This document shows, one piece after another, positions 40,233 to 53,005 of a stretch of DNA of 64,000 nucleotides. The notes beneath the pieces are model-generated. The model was not told the DNA's origin and did no database searches. It saw nothing but the letters and a program-made list of their open reading frames with translations. Each line of letters opens with the position of its first letter. Position 1 is the stretch's first letter. Position numbers and translations under genes: made by a program. This stretch comes from the human T2T-CHM13v2.0 reference genome, Homo sapiens, in NCBI RefSeq assembly GCF_009914755.1, contig NC_060932.1. One strand, given 5' to 3'.

Positions 40233-40400
40233 CCAGCTCCCAGCCTCCGCACTCCACCATAGGGATGGTGAGTGCCAGCTCCCAGCCTCTGCACTCCACC
40301 ATAGGGATGGTGAGTGCCAGCTCCCAGTCTCCGCACTCCACCGTAGGGATGGTGGGTGTCAGCTCTCAGCCTCTGCATTCCACCATAGGGATGGTGAGTG
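40233..40400. repeat. 42-bp minisatellite, 4 copies
   Basis: Unit ccagctcccagcctctgcactccaccatagggatggtgagtg at 40233, 40275, 40317 and 40359. Confidence 0.95.
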
Positions 40401-40839
40401 TCGGATGCTCCCAGGTGTGGGCTCCTGTACATGCCAGAGGCTCTTCGATGCCTCTGAGTGCGATACGGTTAGAGTGCATTTGTAGGTGCACGTACCTGTG
40501 TCCTTAGACAGCTTCATTTTGCACCCTAGTGCCCGGCATAGACTCTGTCACAATGTGGAGGTGCTTAATAAATAACTGTGGAATGACTGATAGGTCATAG
40601 ACCATTTTTTCTCAAAAGCATACACTATTGGCTGAGCACATGTGTTAAACGCTGTATGAACATAGGGATATGAGCTCCTGAGGAGGAAAGGCAAAATATT
40701 GTGTTATAATGAGGTTAAAGTGTTGTAAAAGAGGTGCCATAGAAACATAGGAAGGGGCAATTAGTTCCCGATGGAGGGCTTGAGGCTGCCTCACCAAAGG
40801 GTCAATATTTGCAACAAATCTAAAGAATGAGTAGGATTT

Positions 40840-42066
40840 CTACAAATGGTATTGGGGCAACTGGACACCCACAGGCAGACACCCCAAATCCAGCCCCACC
40901 TGCTCCATACACCACACTAACTCAAAATGGGTCGAAGACCTAAAGGCAAGAGATAAAATTATAAAACCGCAAGGACGTGCATCTTTGTGATCTTAGATTA
41001 AGCAGTGGTTTCTTAGAGATGACACCCAAAGCGCAAAGCACAAGCAACAAAAGAAAAAAGTAAACCAGTTGAGCTTTAACAAAATAAAGTTTTTGTGTGT
41101 TTCAGAGGTTACCATCAATAAAGTAAGAAGGAAACTCAAGTAATGAGGTAAAATGTTTGCAAAGCATATGTGTAAAAAAGGTTTCTATTTAGAAGAACTC
41201 CTAAAGCACATAAAAAGACAAGCCGAGAAAGGGATGGGCAGAGGGCATGAACAGGCAATTCACCCACAGAAGGTGTGGAAAGACACTGGACATCTTTGAC
41301 CAGCCAGGAAATGCAAATCAAAATACAATGAGACACCATTGCCCACGTGTTAGGATGGCCATAATGGCAGAGACAGACAATCGTAAGTGCTGGCAAGATC
41401 CTGGAGAAACTGGAACCTTCATACACGACCTTTGGGAATAGAAAATCATGCAGCCACTTTGGAAAGTGAGGCATTTCCTCAGAAGTTTAAACATAGAGTT
41501 ACCATGTGACCATAAATCCCATTTCTTGGTACATACCCAAGAGAAATGAAACATATGTCCACTAAAAAAACTCATACCTGATTGCTTACAGAGGCATTAT
41601 TCATGATACTCAAAGATAGAAACAACCCAGGTCAAGTATCCGGAAACGGAGGGGTGGATAAATATGCTGTGGTCCATCCATGCAATGGAATCTTCTCTAG
41701 CAATAAAGGAATGGAGCACCGATGCATGCTGTGACACAGACGAACCTCAGAAACATTTTCTACGTGAAAGAAGCCAGTCATGAAAACCACAGATAGGATT
41801 CCATTTATATGCAGTGTTCAGAACAGGCAAATCTATATAGAAAGTACATTAGTGGTGGCCTGGGGCTGGGGGCACGGAAATGAGGGTTAACTGCCGAAGG
41901 GCATGGATTTATTTTTGGAGTGACGAAATGTTATGTGATTGATTGTGGGGATGGCTGCACAGCTCTGTGAGTATGCTATTGAGCTGTGCACTTTCAGTGG
42001 GTGAATCATATGGTGTGTGAATGATATCTGAATAAAGCTGTTAGGAATAAATCACTTTTAAAAAAG
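40840..42066 (+). mobile_element. L1MB/MC-type ORF2 C-terminus and 3' UTR
   Basis: acaaatggtattggggcaactgga...gaaatgcaaatcaaaa..caatgagacacc...gtgaaagaagccagtca...atatctgaataaagctgtt. Confidence 0.85.
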
Positions 42067-43065
42067 CAATGAAGAACAGTTTTCCAGGAAAAAAAGGGCA
42101 GAGGCAGACATACTTTGTGCACAGTGGCACACATGGAGACCCGGAGGTACACGGGACCCTGGTGTGGTCGAGCACGAAGGGTGGGTGGTCCCAGTATGAC
42201 CGCCGTGGGGAGGACAGAGGCGCCTCCTGTGCCTGACAAGCAGGGAAGGCCTCAGCATTTAGGAAATGCATCTATTGAGGAAGAACTCTTTCTACTTCTA
42301 CACTCAAATTTCATGTTGATATTTGTTCCTGCTATTTATGTACTATCAGTGTCTATATTTTAATACAGAGTAAGCCATTTGGTTTCTAAATATCTTAAAT
42401 TTGTCATGAATAGGATTCCCATAGGTGTCTTCTGAATGCTTTGTAATTACTCCATAGCCCTTGGTCAAATTAATATTCAAGATGTGGGTAATTGGCCCAG
42501 ACAAAAGTAATAAATTAAGGTGAGAACGCAACCACAAAATGGTAGAGTTCTAGAAACTTGCAGTCAGTCTGGACATATATAAACAAATTTCCCACTATTC
42601 ACAGTTCTGTTTAAGAATGTGAATTTCAAGCGATGGTGCTTTTGGAGGCACTAACCGCTTTCCCATCTCCAGCTTGGCATCCTTCCCTCAACCAGGGCCT
42701 CCTGCCATCCGCGGCTGCTGAGAGCACAGGGACCTTCTCCTCAGTGTGTCTCCTCAGCCTCCTCTCACTGAGGGGAGCAGCACAGAGCCATTGGATTTGG
42801 GAATTCATCATGCTCTTCTGCCTCAGGTTGAAAAATTAAATACTGGGTTTTTACTGAGATGCACAATGCTTAAGATACTACTAGGAAATCCTAAACTTAC
42901 CACCCAAGTTTAGTGAAGACAATTGCACCTGCTTTCACACGATGAAGATGGAATTAGAAGGATTTGTACTTGAAGGACTCCTGGAGGTTGAGCATAAACC
43001 ACTGGGGATGTGTGTGGCATCGCCACGCAAGGGACATGCCCTGACACCCGTGCAGATGCTTGTGT

Positions 43066-44985
43066 GAGTCTGATGGCCCACATTGGTGGCTGGCAAGACC
43101 TTTGAGATCAGAGTGGGAGTGATGGCCCACGTCGGTGGCCGGGAAGACCTTTGAGATCATTGTGGGAGTAATGGCCCATGTTGGTGTCCGGCAAGACCTT
43201 TGAGATCAGTGTGGAGTGATGGTCCACGTCGGTGGCCGGGAAGACCTTTGAGATCAGTGTGGGAGTGATGGTCCACGTCGGTGGCCAGGAACACCTTTGA
43301 GATTAGTGTGGAAGTGATGGTCCACGTTGGTGGCTGGCAAGACCTTTGAGATCAGTGTGGAGTGATGGTCCACATCGGTGGCCGGGAAGACCTTTGAGAT
43401 CAGTGTGTGGAGTGATGGTCCACGTCGGTGGCCGGCAAGACCTTTGAGATCAGAGTGGGAGTGATGGCCCACGTCGGTGGCCGGGAAGACCTTTGAGATC
43501 AGTGTGGGAGTGATGGTCCACGTTGGTGGCCGGGAAGACCTTTGAGATCAGTGTGGGAGTGAGATGGTCCACATCGGTGGCTGGGAAGACCTTTGAGATC
43601 AGTGTGGAGTGATGGTCCACATCGGTGGCCGGGAAGACCTTTGAGATCAGTGTGTGGAGTGATGGTCCACGTCGGTGGCCGGCAAGACCTTTGAGATCAG
43701 AGTGGGAGTGATGGCCCACGTCGGTGGCCGGGAAGACCTTTGAGATCAGTGTGGGAGTGATGGTCCACGTTGGTGGCCGGGAAGACCTTTGAGATCAGTG
43801 TGGGAGTGAGATGGTCCACATCGGTGGCCGGGAAGACCTTTGAGATCAGTGTGGAGTGATGGTCCACGTCGGTGGCCAGCAAGACCTTTGACATCAGTGT
43901 GGGAGTGATGGTCCATGTTGGTGGCCGGGAAGACCTTTGAGATCAGTGTGGGAGTAATGGCCCACGTCGGTGGCCGGCAAGACCTTTGAGATCAGTGTGG
44001 GAGTGATGGTCCATGTTGGTGGCCGGGAAGACCTTTGAGATCAGTGTGGGAGTAATGGTCCACGTCGGTGGCCGGCAAGACCTTTGAGATCAGTGTGGGA
44101 GTGATGGTCCATGTTGGTGGCTGGGAAGACCTTTGAGATCAGTGTGGAGTGATGGTCCACGTTGGTGGCCAGCAAGACCTTTGACATCAGTGTGGGAGTG
44201 ATGGTCCATGTTGGTGGCCGGGAAGACCTTTGAGATCAGTGTGGGAGTAATGGCCCACGTCGGTGGCCGGCAAGACCTTTGAGATCAGTGTGGGAGTGAT
44301 GGTCCATGTTGGTGGCCGGGAAGACCTTTGAGATCAGTGTGGGAGTAATGGCCCACGTCGGTGGCCGGCAAGACCTTTGAGATCAGTGTGGGAGTGATGG
44401 CCCACATCGGTGGCCGGGAAGACCTTTGAGATCAGTGTGGAGTGATGGTCCATGTCGGTGGCCGGGAAGACCTTTGAGATCAGTGTGGAGTGATGGTCCA
44501 CGTCGGTGGCCGGGAAGACCTTTGAGATCAGTGTGTGGAAGTGATGGTCCACGTTGGTGGCTGGCAAGACCTTTGAGATCAGTGTGGGAGTGATGGTCCA
44601 CGTCGGTGGCCGGCAAGACCTTTGAGATCAGTGTGTGGAAGTGATGGTCCACGTTGGTGGCTGGCAAGACCTTTGAGATCAGTGTGGGAGTGATGGCCCA
44701 TGTCTGTGGCCGGGAAGACCTTTGAGATCAGTGTGGAGTGATGGTCCACATCGGTGGCCGGGAAGACCTTTGAGATCAGTGTGTGGAGTGATGGTCCGCG
44801 TCGGTGGCCGGCAAGACCTTTGAGATTAGTGTGGGAGTAATGGTCCATGTCTGTGGCCGGGAAGACCTTTGAGATCAGTGTGTGAGTCTGATGGTCCACG
44901 TCGGTGGCTCGGAAGACCTTTGAGATCAGTGTGGGAGTGATGGTCCATGTTGGTGGCCGGGAAGACCTTTGAGATCAGTGTGGGA
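43066..44985. repeat. 48-51-bp CpG-rich minisatellite, about 39 copies
   Basis: Unit gagtgatggtccacgtcggtggccgggaagacctttgagatcagtgtgg, with length variants. Confidence 0.99.
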
Positions 44986-46113
44986 AGCGGTGCCAGCCTG
45001 GGTAATGGCTGAGTTCAGGGCACCTGGGAAGAGGATGGGCATAGGAGAGAGGGAGTGGCGGATGCCCCGTAGGTGGAAGTGGACGGTGAGGTTCACTGTG
45101 CGGAGAAAGGTGAATCGAAGAGGCTTCTGGGTCCGGACTGCGGGAAGTGATGTTTTCAGTGGAGTGTTGGAGATGGGACCTGCACACGGTCACCAGGTAT
45201 TTGGCTCTATGCTTCTGAAGCTTGAGGACACCTTTGGCATAAATAAGTGAAGGTGAAAACTTGACATTGGATGAATTTCTCAGAGAGGCTGTGAAGGCTG
45301 AGCTCAGCCACAATGTAAGAGCAGGACCCCGGGGACATCCCATGTTTAGGAGAGAGGCCCTTTATGCTGCTGTGACATTGAAGAGACTAAGCTGGGACAG
45401 GGGCTGAGAACACCAGAAATGGAGTTCAACACGAGTGTCCTGCATGCTGTCCCTGGGAGGGTGGCTGGATTAATGAGAAAGCACTGCTCTACCCTTGCCT
45501 GCTTTACTGCTGGAGAGAAGAGAATGGCAAGAACTCCACAGGCTCAGAACTCTTAGCATTGGGAGCACATTTCAGAAGCAGAATGGCAGACTCAGAAATG
45601 GGCCACTGGGCCTCTCTGTGGGTCCCGTGGGAAGGTCTCAGCCTGCATGAGCGTCTCAGGGCCCCTCATTTGCCCATGAGTGGAGTGCACTGTCACTGTG
45701 CTTCCCATCTAGTTCCTTATGTCATCTCTTCAGGTGTTTCTTAACTACTGAGACCTAAATACAACTTTCTTCTGTTTCTCTGCTCTTATCTATTTCTCAT
45801 GTTCTCATAAAAAGCTAGGAAAGAGATTGCACTGAACAATCTTTTGCTTGATGAAATATTTTGCAAATTGTTAAAAACGAAACTAGAATAATTCCTTATA
45901 CGACTGAATGGCTGACCACAGGCAAATCACTTCATTTCTTTGGGCTTCTTTTTCCTGAACTGAATGAAAGACATAAACAAGCTGATTATTCACACACAGC
46001 TGTCATGGAGCTGGTGAGACTGGAGTCATGAGCAGCATTGAGTTTCATAGATTAAAAGGATATAAAAATAAACTATTGATTATTCAGGGGTGGGCCATTT
46101 ATTTTTTAGCTAG

Positions 46114-46510
<397 letters not shown>

Positions 46511-47781
46511 TAGTCTTTCTTAGGCTAAGCTTACTGTGAAGATAAATCTGCTCCCCAGAAACACCCCAAAGTCAGATATGGCATTTCAGGACGTGACAAT
46601 GGCGAGCAGAGAGGCTGAGCTGTGAGCTCACAGTTTGTCTCCAGAGCAACTCCAGTGCCTGGGTCTGCACACCGCGCACTTCCTCCTGCCACAGCTGCAG
46701 GGGTCAGGGGCTCCCGAATGAGACATCCTGTGTTGATCGCAGCCGTCTCCCAGCATGTGGAGCAACACTAGGACCGTGGTAGATGTTCAGTCATGTTCGC
46801 TGAAGGAAGAAGGGAGTGAATGAATGTCTTCTCTGAGGATAGCTGAGCATCCGTGCATCCGTCTGGCCATGAGAACTTGGTTGCGCTCACATGAGGATCC
46901 TGAGCAGGTAATTATCTCGGTCCAGAAGCAATAGCTTCAGGCAAAGAGAAGACGCGTTCCCTCCCTGTCTGTGCATCTGACTTTCACGGTTGTTCCTACC
47001 GTTCATTGCTTTATTAAAGCCAGTCACTCCTGGGTTTGCCTTCACGTTGTTTCACTTCATTAAAAAAAATGGAACGAGACTTGAGTTTGAATGCAATTAT
47101 GTAATTGAAGGAACTGTCCTACACACGATTTATTAATTAACATTGGAGCACACTTATGTCGGCCTGCTTCCTGATTACAGTCAGGCGCCAGGTAACGACG
47201 GGGTGACGCTCTGAGAAACGTGCCCTTAGGCGGCTTTGTTGTGTTGTCTTCATTTGTACAAATTTAAGGGATGCAAGCACAGTTGTGTGACCTCGGTACG
47301 TGGCACAGTGGTGAAGTCTGGGTGAATATTTAGGGGTTGACTTTCTGCTACGTGTATTTTTTCTGTGTACATCAACTATCTGCAGTTTAAACATTGGTTT
47401 TCAAATTAGAAATTAACCCATGTTCACGAGAACGTTACTTTGTATTCTTGTCTGCCTTCCCTAACCCGTGCAACAAGCAATATCATTACTACAATTTCTC
47501 CCTGAGAACTAACTTCTAAAAATTTACTGTCATCCTGGGCTTTTACTTACCATTTATAAATATACATGACTAGTGTTATTAGAATATTATCAATGACTAT
47601 CTCCTAGCATAGTACCTGACACAAGGTAGGTTTTCTATGAATATTAAGTCAGTATTAAAGAATACACATCCAAAAATAAAAATGAGATAGTGTTTTACCT
47701 TTTGCTCTTTCTGTTTTTTAATGTTGGAGTTTTCCATTTGAGCAGATAAGATTCCATAGCATCCACAAATTGTATTTACTG

Positions 47782-47932
47782 ATTTATTTTTGAGACAGGG
47801 TCTCTGTCTGTCCCCAGGCTGGAGTGCACTGGTGTATTTTGGCTCACTGCAGCCTCAAATTCCCAGGCCTTGGTGATTCTACCTCGACCTCCCAGAGTGC
47901 TGGGATTACACGTGCAAGCCACGGTGCCTGGC
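47782..47932 (-). mobile_element. Monomeric old Alu (FRAM/AluJ-like)
   Basis: tttttgagacagggtctc...ggctcactgcagcctc...gtgctgggattaca. Confidence 0.85.
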
Positions 47933-48009
47933 TGAAGTATAAGTTATTTAAGCATCACTCAGTTGATGATGAGTGGAGTTTTTGGCCTCTGTGTCAGGTC
48001 ATGTTGGAA

Positions 48010-48930
48010 TACAGTCATGTGATCGTGGAGTCAGCTCATCATGTCATACAGCCATGTGGCCACGTTGTCATATAGTCATTGTCGTACAGTCACGTTGTCA
48101 TCTTGTCCTAGGGTTGTGGTGTCCCACAGTCACGTCACGTCATCGCACTGTTGCACGGCCATGTCCTGTAGGCGTGTTGCATATTCTCGCATCATGTTGT
48201 CTTAGGGTCATGTGTCCTGTACCCACGTCACAGTATTGTGTTATCACGTGGGCCTGTTTTCCCACAGTCATGTTGTCCTGGGTCATGGTGTCACAGTCAT
48301 GTCATGTCACACTTGTCACACTGTGGTGTTGTCACGTGGGTGTGTTGTGTTGTCCTGAGTCACAATGTCAGAGTCATGTCATGTCACACTTGTCACACTG
48401 TGTTGTCGTGTGGGTGTGTTGTGTTGTCCTGGGTCACGGTGTCAAAGTCATGTCATGTCACACTTGCCACACTGTGGTGTTGTCACACGGGTGTGTTGTG
48501 TTGTCCTGGGTCACGGTGTCACAGTCGTGTCATGTCACACTTGTCACACTGTGGTGTTGTCACATGGGTGTGTTGTGTTGTCCTGGGTCGTGGTGTCACA
48601 GTCACGTCATGTCACACTTGTCACAATGTGGTGTTGTCATGTGGGTGTGTTGTGTTGTCCTGGGTCACGGTGTCACAGTCATGTCATGTCACACTTGCCA
48701 CACTGTGGTGTTGTCACATGGGTGTGTTGTGTTGTCCTGGGTGACGGTGTCACAGTCATGTCATGCCACACTTTTCACACTGTGGTGTTGTCACGTGCGT
48801 GTGTTGCGTTGTCCTGGGTCACAGTGTCACAGTCACGTCATCACCATGTTACACGGTGGTGTTGTCACGTGGTGTGTTGTGTTGTCTCACAGTCATGTCC
48901 TGGGTCATGGTGTCCCACAGTTGTGTTACA
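48010..48930. repeat. 77-bp TGTCA-rich minisatellite (about 8 copies, 48270-48900) with degenerate flanks
   Basis: tgtcctggg recurs at 48425, 48502 and onward. Unit gtgttgtcctgggtcacggtgtcacagtcatgtcatgtcacacttgtcacactgtggtgttgtcacatgggtgtgtt. Confidence 0.95.
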
Positions 48931-51194
48931 TCAATTGCTTGCATGAGTGAGTGCCTATTCACATATTCTTGACAAAGAGTCATGGTTTCGTGCTCTGTGC
49001 TGTGTGAGAGGTGCTAGCGAGGCCGCCGGGTGTCATGGCTGGGCAGTGGCCATGGCGGCCAGGCAGGCCTGCTGTCGTCTAGAGCTCCTGTTGAAGCGCG
49101 GCCGGATGTGGTGCCTCCAGGTGGCTGCTGACATGGAGCCTTTCCTGACGAGCAGAGGATCCTGCCATGTGCTCGGAGACTTGGAAGAGGAAAGACGTTG
49201 GTGTTTTTCTCCCTGTGTCTCTTAGTCACTGTCACAGCTGGAGGGAGGCAGAGGAGGACAGAGGACGGGGGAGGCAACAAATTAGTGCAATTGTCACAGC
49301 AGCCCAGTGCTGGGCCTCGCATCTAGGCACCCCCACAGGCCTCCCAGCACCAGCCCTCATCCCGCTGTCCCTCCGCTGCTTGCACTGCACGGCCCACGGC
49401 AAATGCCGCCCACGCCCGGGCCTGTCCCCGCGTGGCTTCCTGTAGAAGGAGCACAGATGCTCTTTGCATTCATGGCTGGGTTGGAACCAGCCTCAGGAAA
49501 GCGGTACCCATCCCCAGCAACGCTGAGCTTGGCTTCGTCCTGAGGAGCTCCAGCCAAGGCCCCGGGCTGTGTCCACCACGCAGGGCTGCAGCCGCTGGGT
49601 GGTTCCTGTGTGTGCCCTTTCTTCCCGGGGCTCCAGGAGAGCTGCCAGGGCCCCGTTATCTCCCGGCTCCATCGGCTGCTACTGCGCACCCCTCCCCGGG
49701 TTGGTGTCAGGAGGGAGGGCGGGTGCTGCGGAGGCCGACTCCATGCAGAAGCCAGAGATAGCATGCGCTCGGCTTCACAGACCTCAAAGCTGCCTCTCCA
49801 AAAATATGTGCATAAATGTAGAGTAGCCTCCATAGATAAAATGCTCTATGAATTTACACAGGAGATGCTGCAGTTTCCTCTTTTCTAGGAGATTAAAATA
49901 AGGCACCTTGTGCCAGAAAACACTGGGCTGGGCGTTTGCTGTTCACGTGTGGAGCTCGGGGAATGAGCCGGTTCTCAGCGGGCTGCGTGTGGTGAGGGTT
50001 CAGGTTCACGTACACAAAACCATCAGACAGATTTCTCCATCTGTGTCAATTAGCACAGATCAGTGTGGTCTTCTCCTAATTTAAGTGAGACTCTGCACTA
50101 ATGATGATGAATCCACAGTGTATCCAGGTTAAGTCTTGTCTACATTGTGAATCTTTTTTAATGGGTGTTCCTTGGGGAAGAATTCATTGAAAGGGTCCGT
50201 GCTGCTGTGAGTACGCTTGCTGTGTGTTCAGCTTGCTGGGTGATTTTAAACATATGTAACCTGTGATGAAGATGAACTGTGGGGAAAGCCCTGAATCTGT
50301 GGTCAGTTTTGACGCATATTTTGGTTCGCGTTGGACGAGAGGTGCGGAACCACAGTCTCTGATCCATGTCTGAGTGAGCCGCCTCGTGAGGCTTCCAGTC
50401 CCTCCTGGGGGCACTGAGTGGGGACAGCCATGGCCAGGGGGGCCAAGTTGAACCCAGTGTGCCTGTGGGCTCAGCGCTGAGGGCTGGTCACAGATCCCAC
50501 CCTTGCAGGTCTCAGTCTGCCTCTCCCTTCCCTGAAATCAGTGCCTCCCACAGGCACCATGGTGAAGCCGGCGTCTCCCCTGCCCTGGGGGAACCCCGGG
50601 CACATCCAGGACTCCGCTCTGTCCCCATCATGTGACCTCTGATGGGTCCATCAAGCCCTCGTGGTCTCCTCCACGTGGGAGGCCAGAGTGGATCCCACAG
50701 TTCCTGACATGCATGTTCACTCCGTGTTCCTGAGTGTCCTGCCAAGGTCTCAGTGGTCACATTTAGGAACGTCTTGATTAAATAAGATGCAATGGGCTTC
50801 TATGTCGTGGGCCTCCTCGGGGCCTCTAGTTTGGAAGTGGCTCTCATGAACTTACCGTGGGGCGCGATCATTGGCAGCACTGACTTTTTGTTTGGGGAAA
50901 ATCACGATCTATGGCCTAAGACGGCTTCTCGCATCTGCATTCCAAAATAGGGTTTCAGAGCTTCGTGCTCTCATTTAAAGCAGTTTTTTGTCTGTATGAC
51001 TCAGTGGTGTCTTTCCCAGGAACCTCCTGCCTTAGCTCTTCTCAGGATGAGACGAAAAAATCCCTTTTGGGTTTCGGGGGCCGAGTGAGTGTGCAGAGTT
51101 GTTGACTTTTGGATTTTAGCTTCCCTGGCCCACGCAGTTCACTGCGCTCCCACAAAGACCGCTCCTGACTTTTCCTCCGTGGGCCTCACTCCCT

Positions 51195-53005
51195 GGCCCT
51201 CTCATCCTGCCTCTCCTGCCCGCGTGCTGTGTGTGTGCTCTCTCCTGCCCAGGTGCTGTGTGTGTGCCCTCTGCTGCCCGGGTGCTGTGTCTGTGCTCTC
51301 TCCTGCCCAGGTGCTGTGTGTGTGCCCTCTCCTGCCCGGGTGCTGTGTGTGTGTCCTCTCATCCTGTCCGGGTGCTGTGTGTGTGTCCTCTCATCCTGCT
51401 TGGGCGCTGTGTGTGTGTCTTCTCCTGCCCAGCCGCTGTGTGTGTGTCCTCTCATCCTGCCCGGCCGCTGTGTGTGTGTCCTCTCATCCTGCCTGGGTGC
51501 TGTGTGTGTGTCCTCTCCTGCCCGGGCGCTGAGTGTGTGTCCTCTCCTGCCCGGGTGCTGTGTGTGTGCCCTCTCATCCTGCCTGGGTGCTGTGTGTGTG
51601 CCCTCTCATCCTGCCTGGGTGCTGTGTGTGTGCCCTCTCATCCTGCCCGGGTGCTGTGTGTGTGTCCTCTCCTGCCTGGGTGCTGTGTGTGTGCCCTCTC
51701 ATCCTGCCCGGGTGCTGTGTGTGTGCCCTCTCATCCTGCCTGGGTGCTGTGTGTGTGCCCTCTCATCCTGCCCGGGTGCTGTGTGTGTGTCCTCTCCTGC
51801 CTGGGTGCTGTGTGTGTGTCCTCATCCTGCCCGAGCACTGTATGTGTGTCCTCTCTTGCCTGGGTGCTGTGTGTGTGTGTCCTCATCTTGCCCGGGCGCT
51901 GTGTGTGTGTCATCTCCTGCCTGGGAGCTGTGTGTCTGTCCTCTCCTGCCTGGGAGCTGTGTGTGTGTCCTTTCCTGCCTGAGCACTGTATGTGTGTCCT
52001 CTCTTGCCTGGGTGCTGTGTGTGTGTGTCCTCATCCTGCCCGGGCGCTGTGTGTGTGTCGTCTCCTGCCTGGGAGCTGTGTGTGTGTCCTCTTCTGCCTG
52101 GGAGCTGTGTGTGTGTCCTCTCCTGCCCGAGCACTGTATGTGTGTCCTCTCCTGCCTGGGTGCTGTGTGTGTGTCCTCTCATCCTGCCTGGGTGCTATGT
52201 GTGTGTCTTCTCCTGCCCAGGTGCTGTGTGTGTGTCCTCTCCTGCCTGGGTGCCGTGTGTGTGTCCTCTCATCCTGCCTGGGTGCTATGTGTGTGTCTTC
52301 TCCTGCCCAGGTGCTGTGTGTGTGTCCTCTCCTGCCTGGGTGCTGTGTGTGTGCCCTCTCATCCTGCGTGGGTGCTGTGTGTGTCCTCTCCTGCCTGGGT
52401 GCTGTGTGTGTGTCCTCTCCTGCCCGGGTGCTGTGTGTGTGTCCTCTCATCCTGCCTGGGTGCTATGTGTGTGTCTTCTCCTGCCCGGGCGCTGTGTGTG
52501 TGTCCTCTCCTGCCTGGGTGCTTTCTGTGTCCTCTCATGCCTGGGTGCTGTGTGTGTGTCCTCTCATCCTGCCTGGGTGCTGTGTGTGTCCTCTCATGCC
52601 CGGGTGCTGTGTGTGTGCCCTCTCCTGCCCGGGTGCTGTGTGTGTGTCCTCTCCTGCCTGGGTGCTGTGTGTGTGTCCTCTCCTGCCCGGGTGCTGTCTG
52701 TGTGTCCTCTCATCCTGTCTGGGTGCCATGTGTGTGTCCTCTCCTGCCCGGGTGCTGTGTGTGTGTCCTCTCATCCTGCCTGGGTGCTGTGTGTGTGCCG
52801 TCTTATCCTGCCTGGGCGCTGTGCGTCTGTCCTCTCCTGCCCAGGTGCTGTGCGTGTCCTCTCCTGCCTGGGTGCTGTGTGTGTGTCCTCTCCTGCCTGG
52901 GTGCTGTGTGTGTGCCCGTCTCATCCTGCCCAGGCGCTGTGTGTGTGTCCTTTCCTGCCCGGGTGCTGTGCGTGTGTACTCTCCTGCCCGGGTGCTGTGT
53001 GTGCG
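51195..53005. repeat. ~1.8-kb minisatellite with roughly 27-34-bp units containing (TG)4-7
   Basis: Unit cctctc(at)cctgcc[c/t]gggtgctgtgtgtgtgt. Confidence 0.99.

Noticed and set aside
43066-44985. TCF/LEF or HNF4 site array (gacctttgag)
   Set aside because: CTTTGAG deviates from CTTTGWW and AGACCTTTG lacks a second half-site, so the match is too weak to claim.
47973-48950. 325-aa Cys/His/Val ORF resembling zinc fingers
   Set aside because: Product of the 77-bp VNTR; no C2H2 spacing or linker.
49300-49780. Possible CpG-island promoter (also 1640-1870 and 53300-53700)
   Set aside because: Short, moderately CpG-rich patches typical of subtelomeric GC-rich DNA; no further promoter or first-exon evidence is visible.
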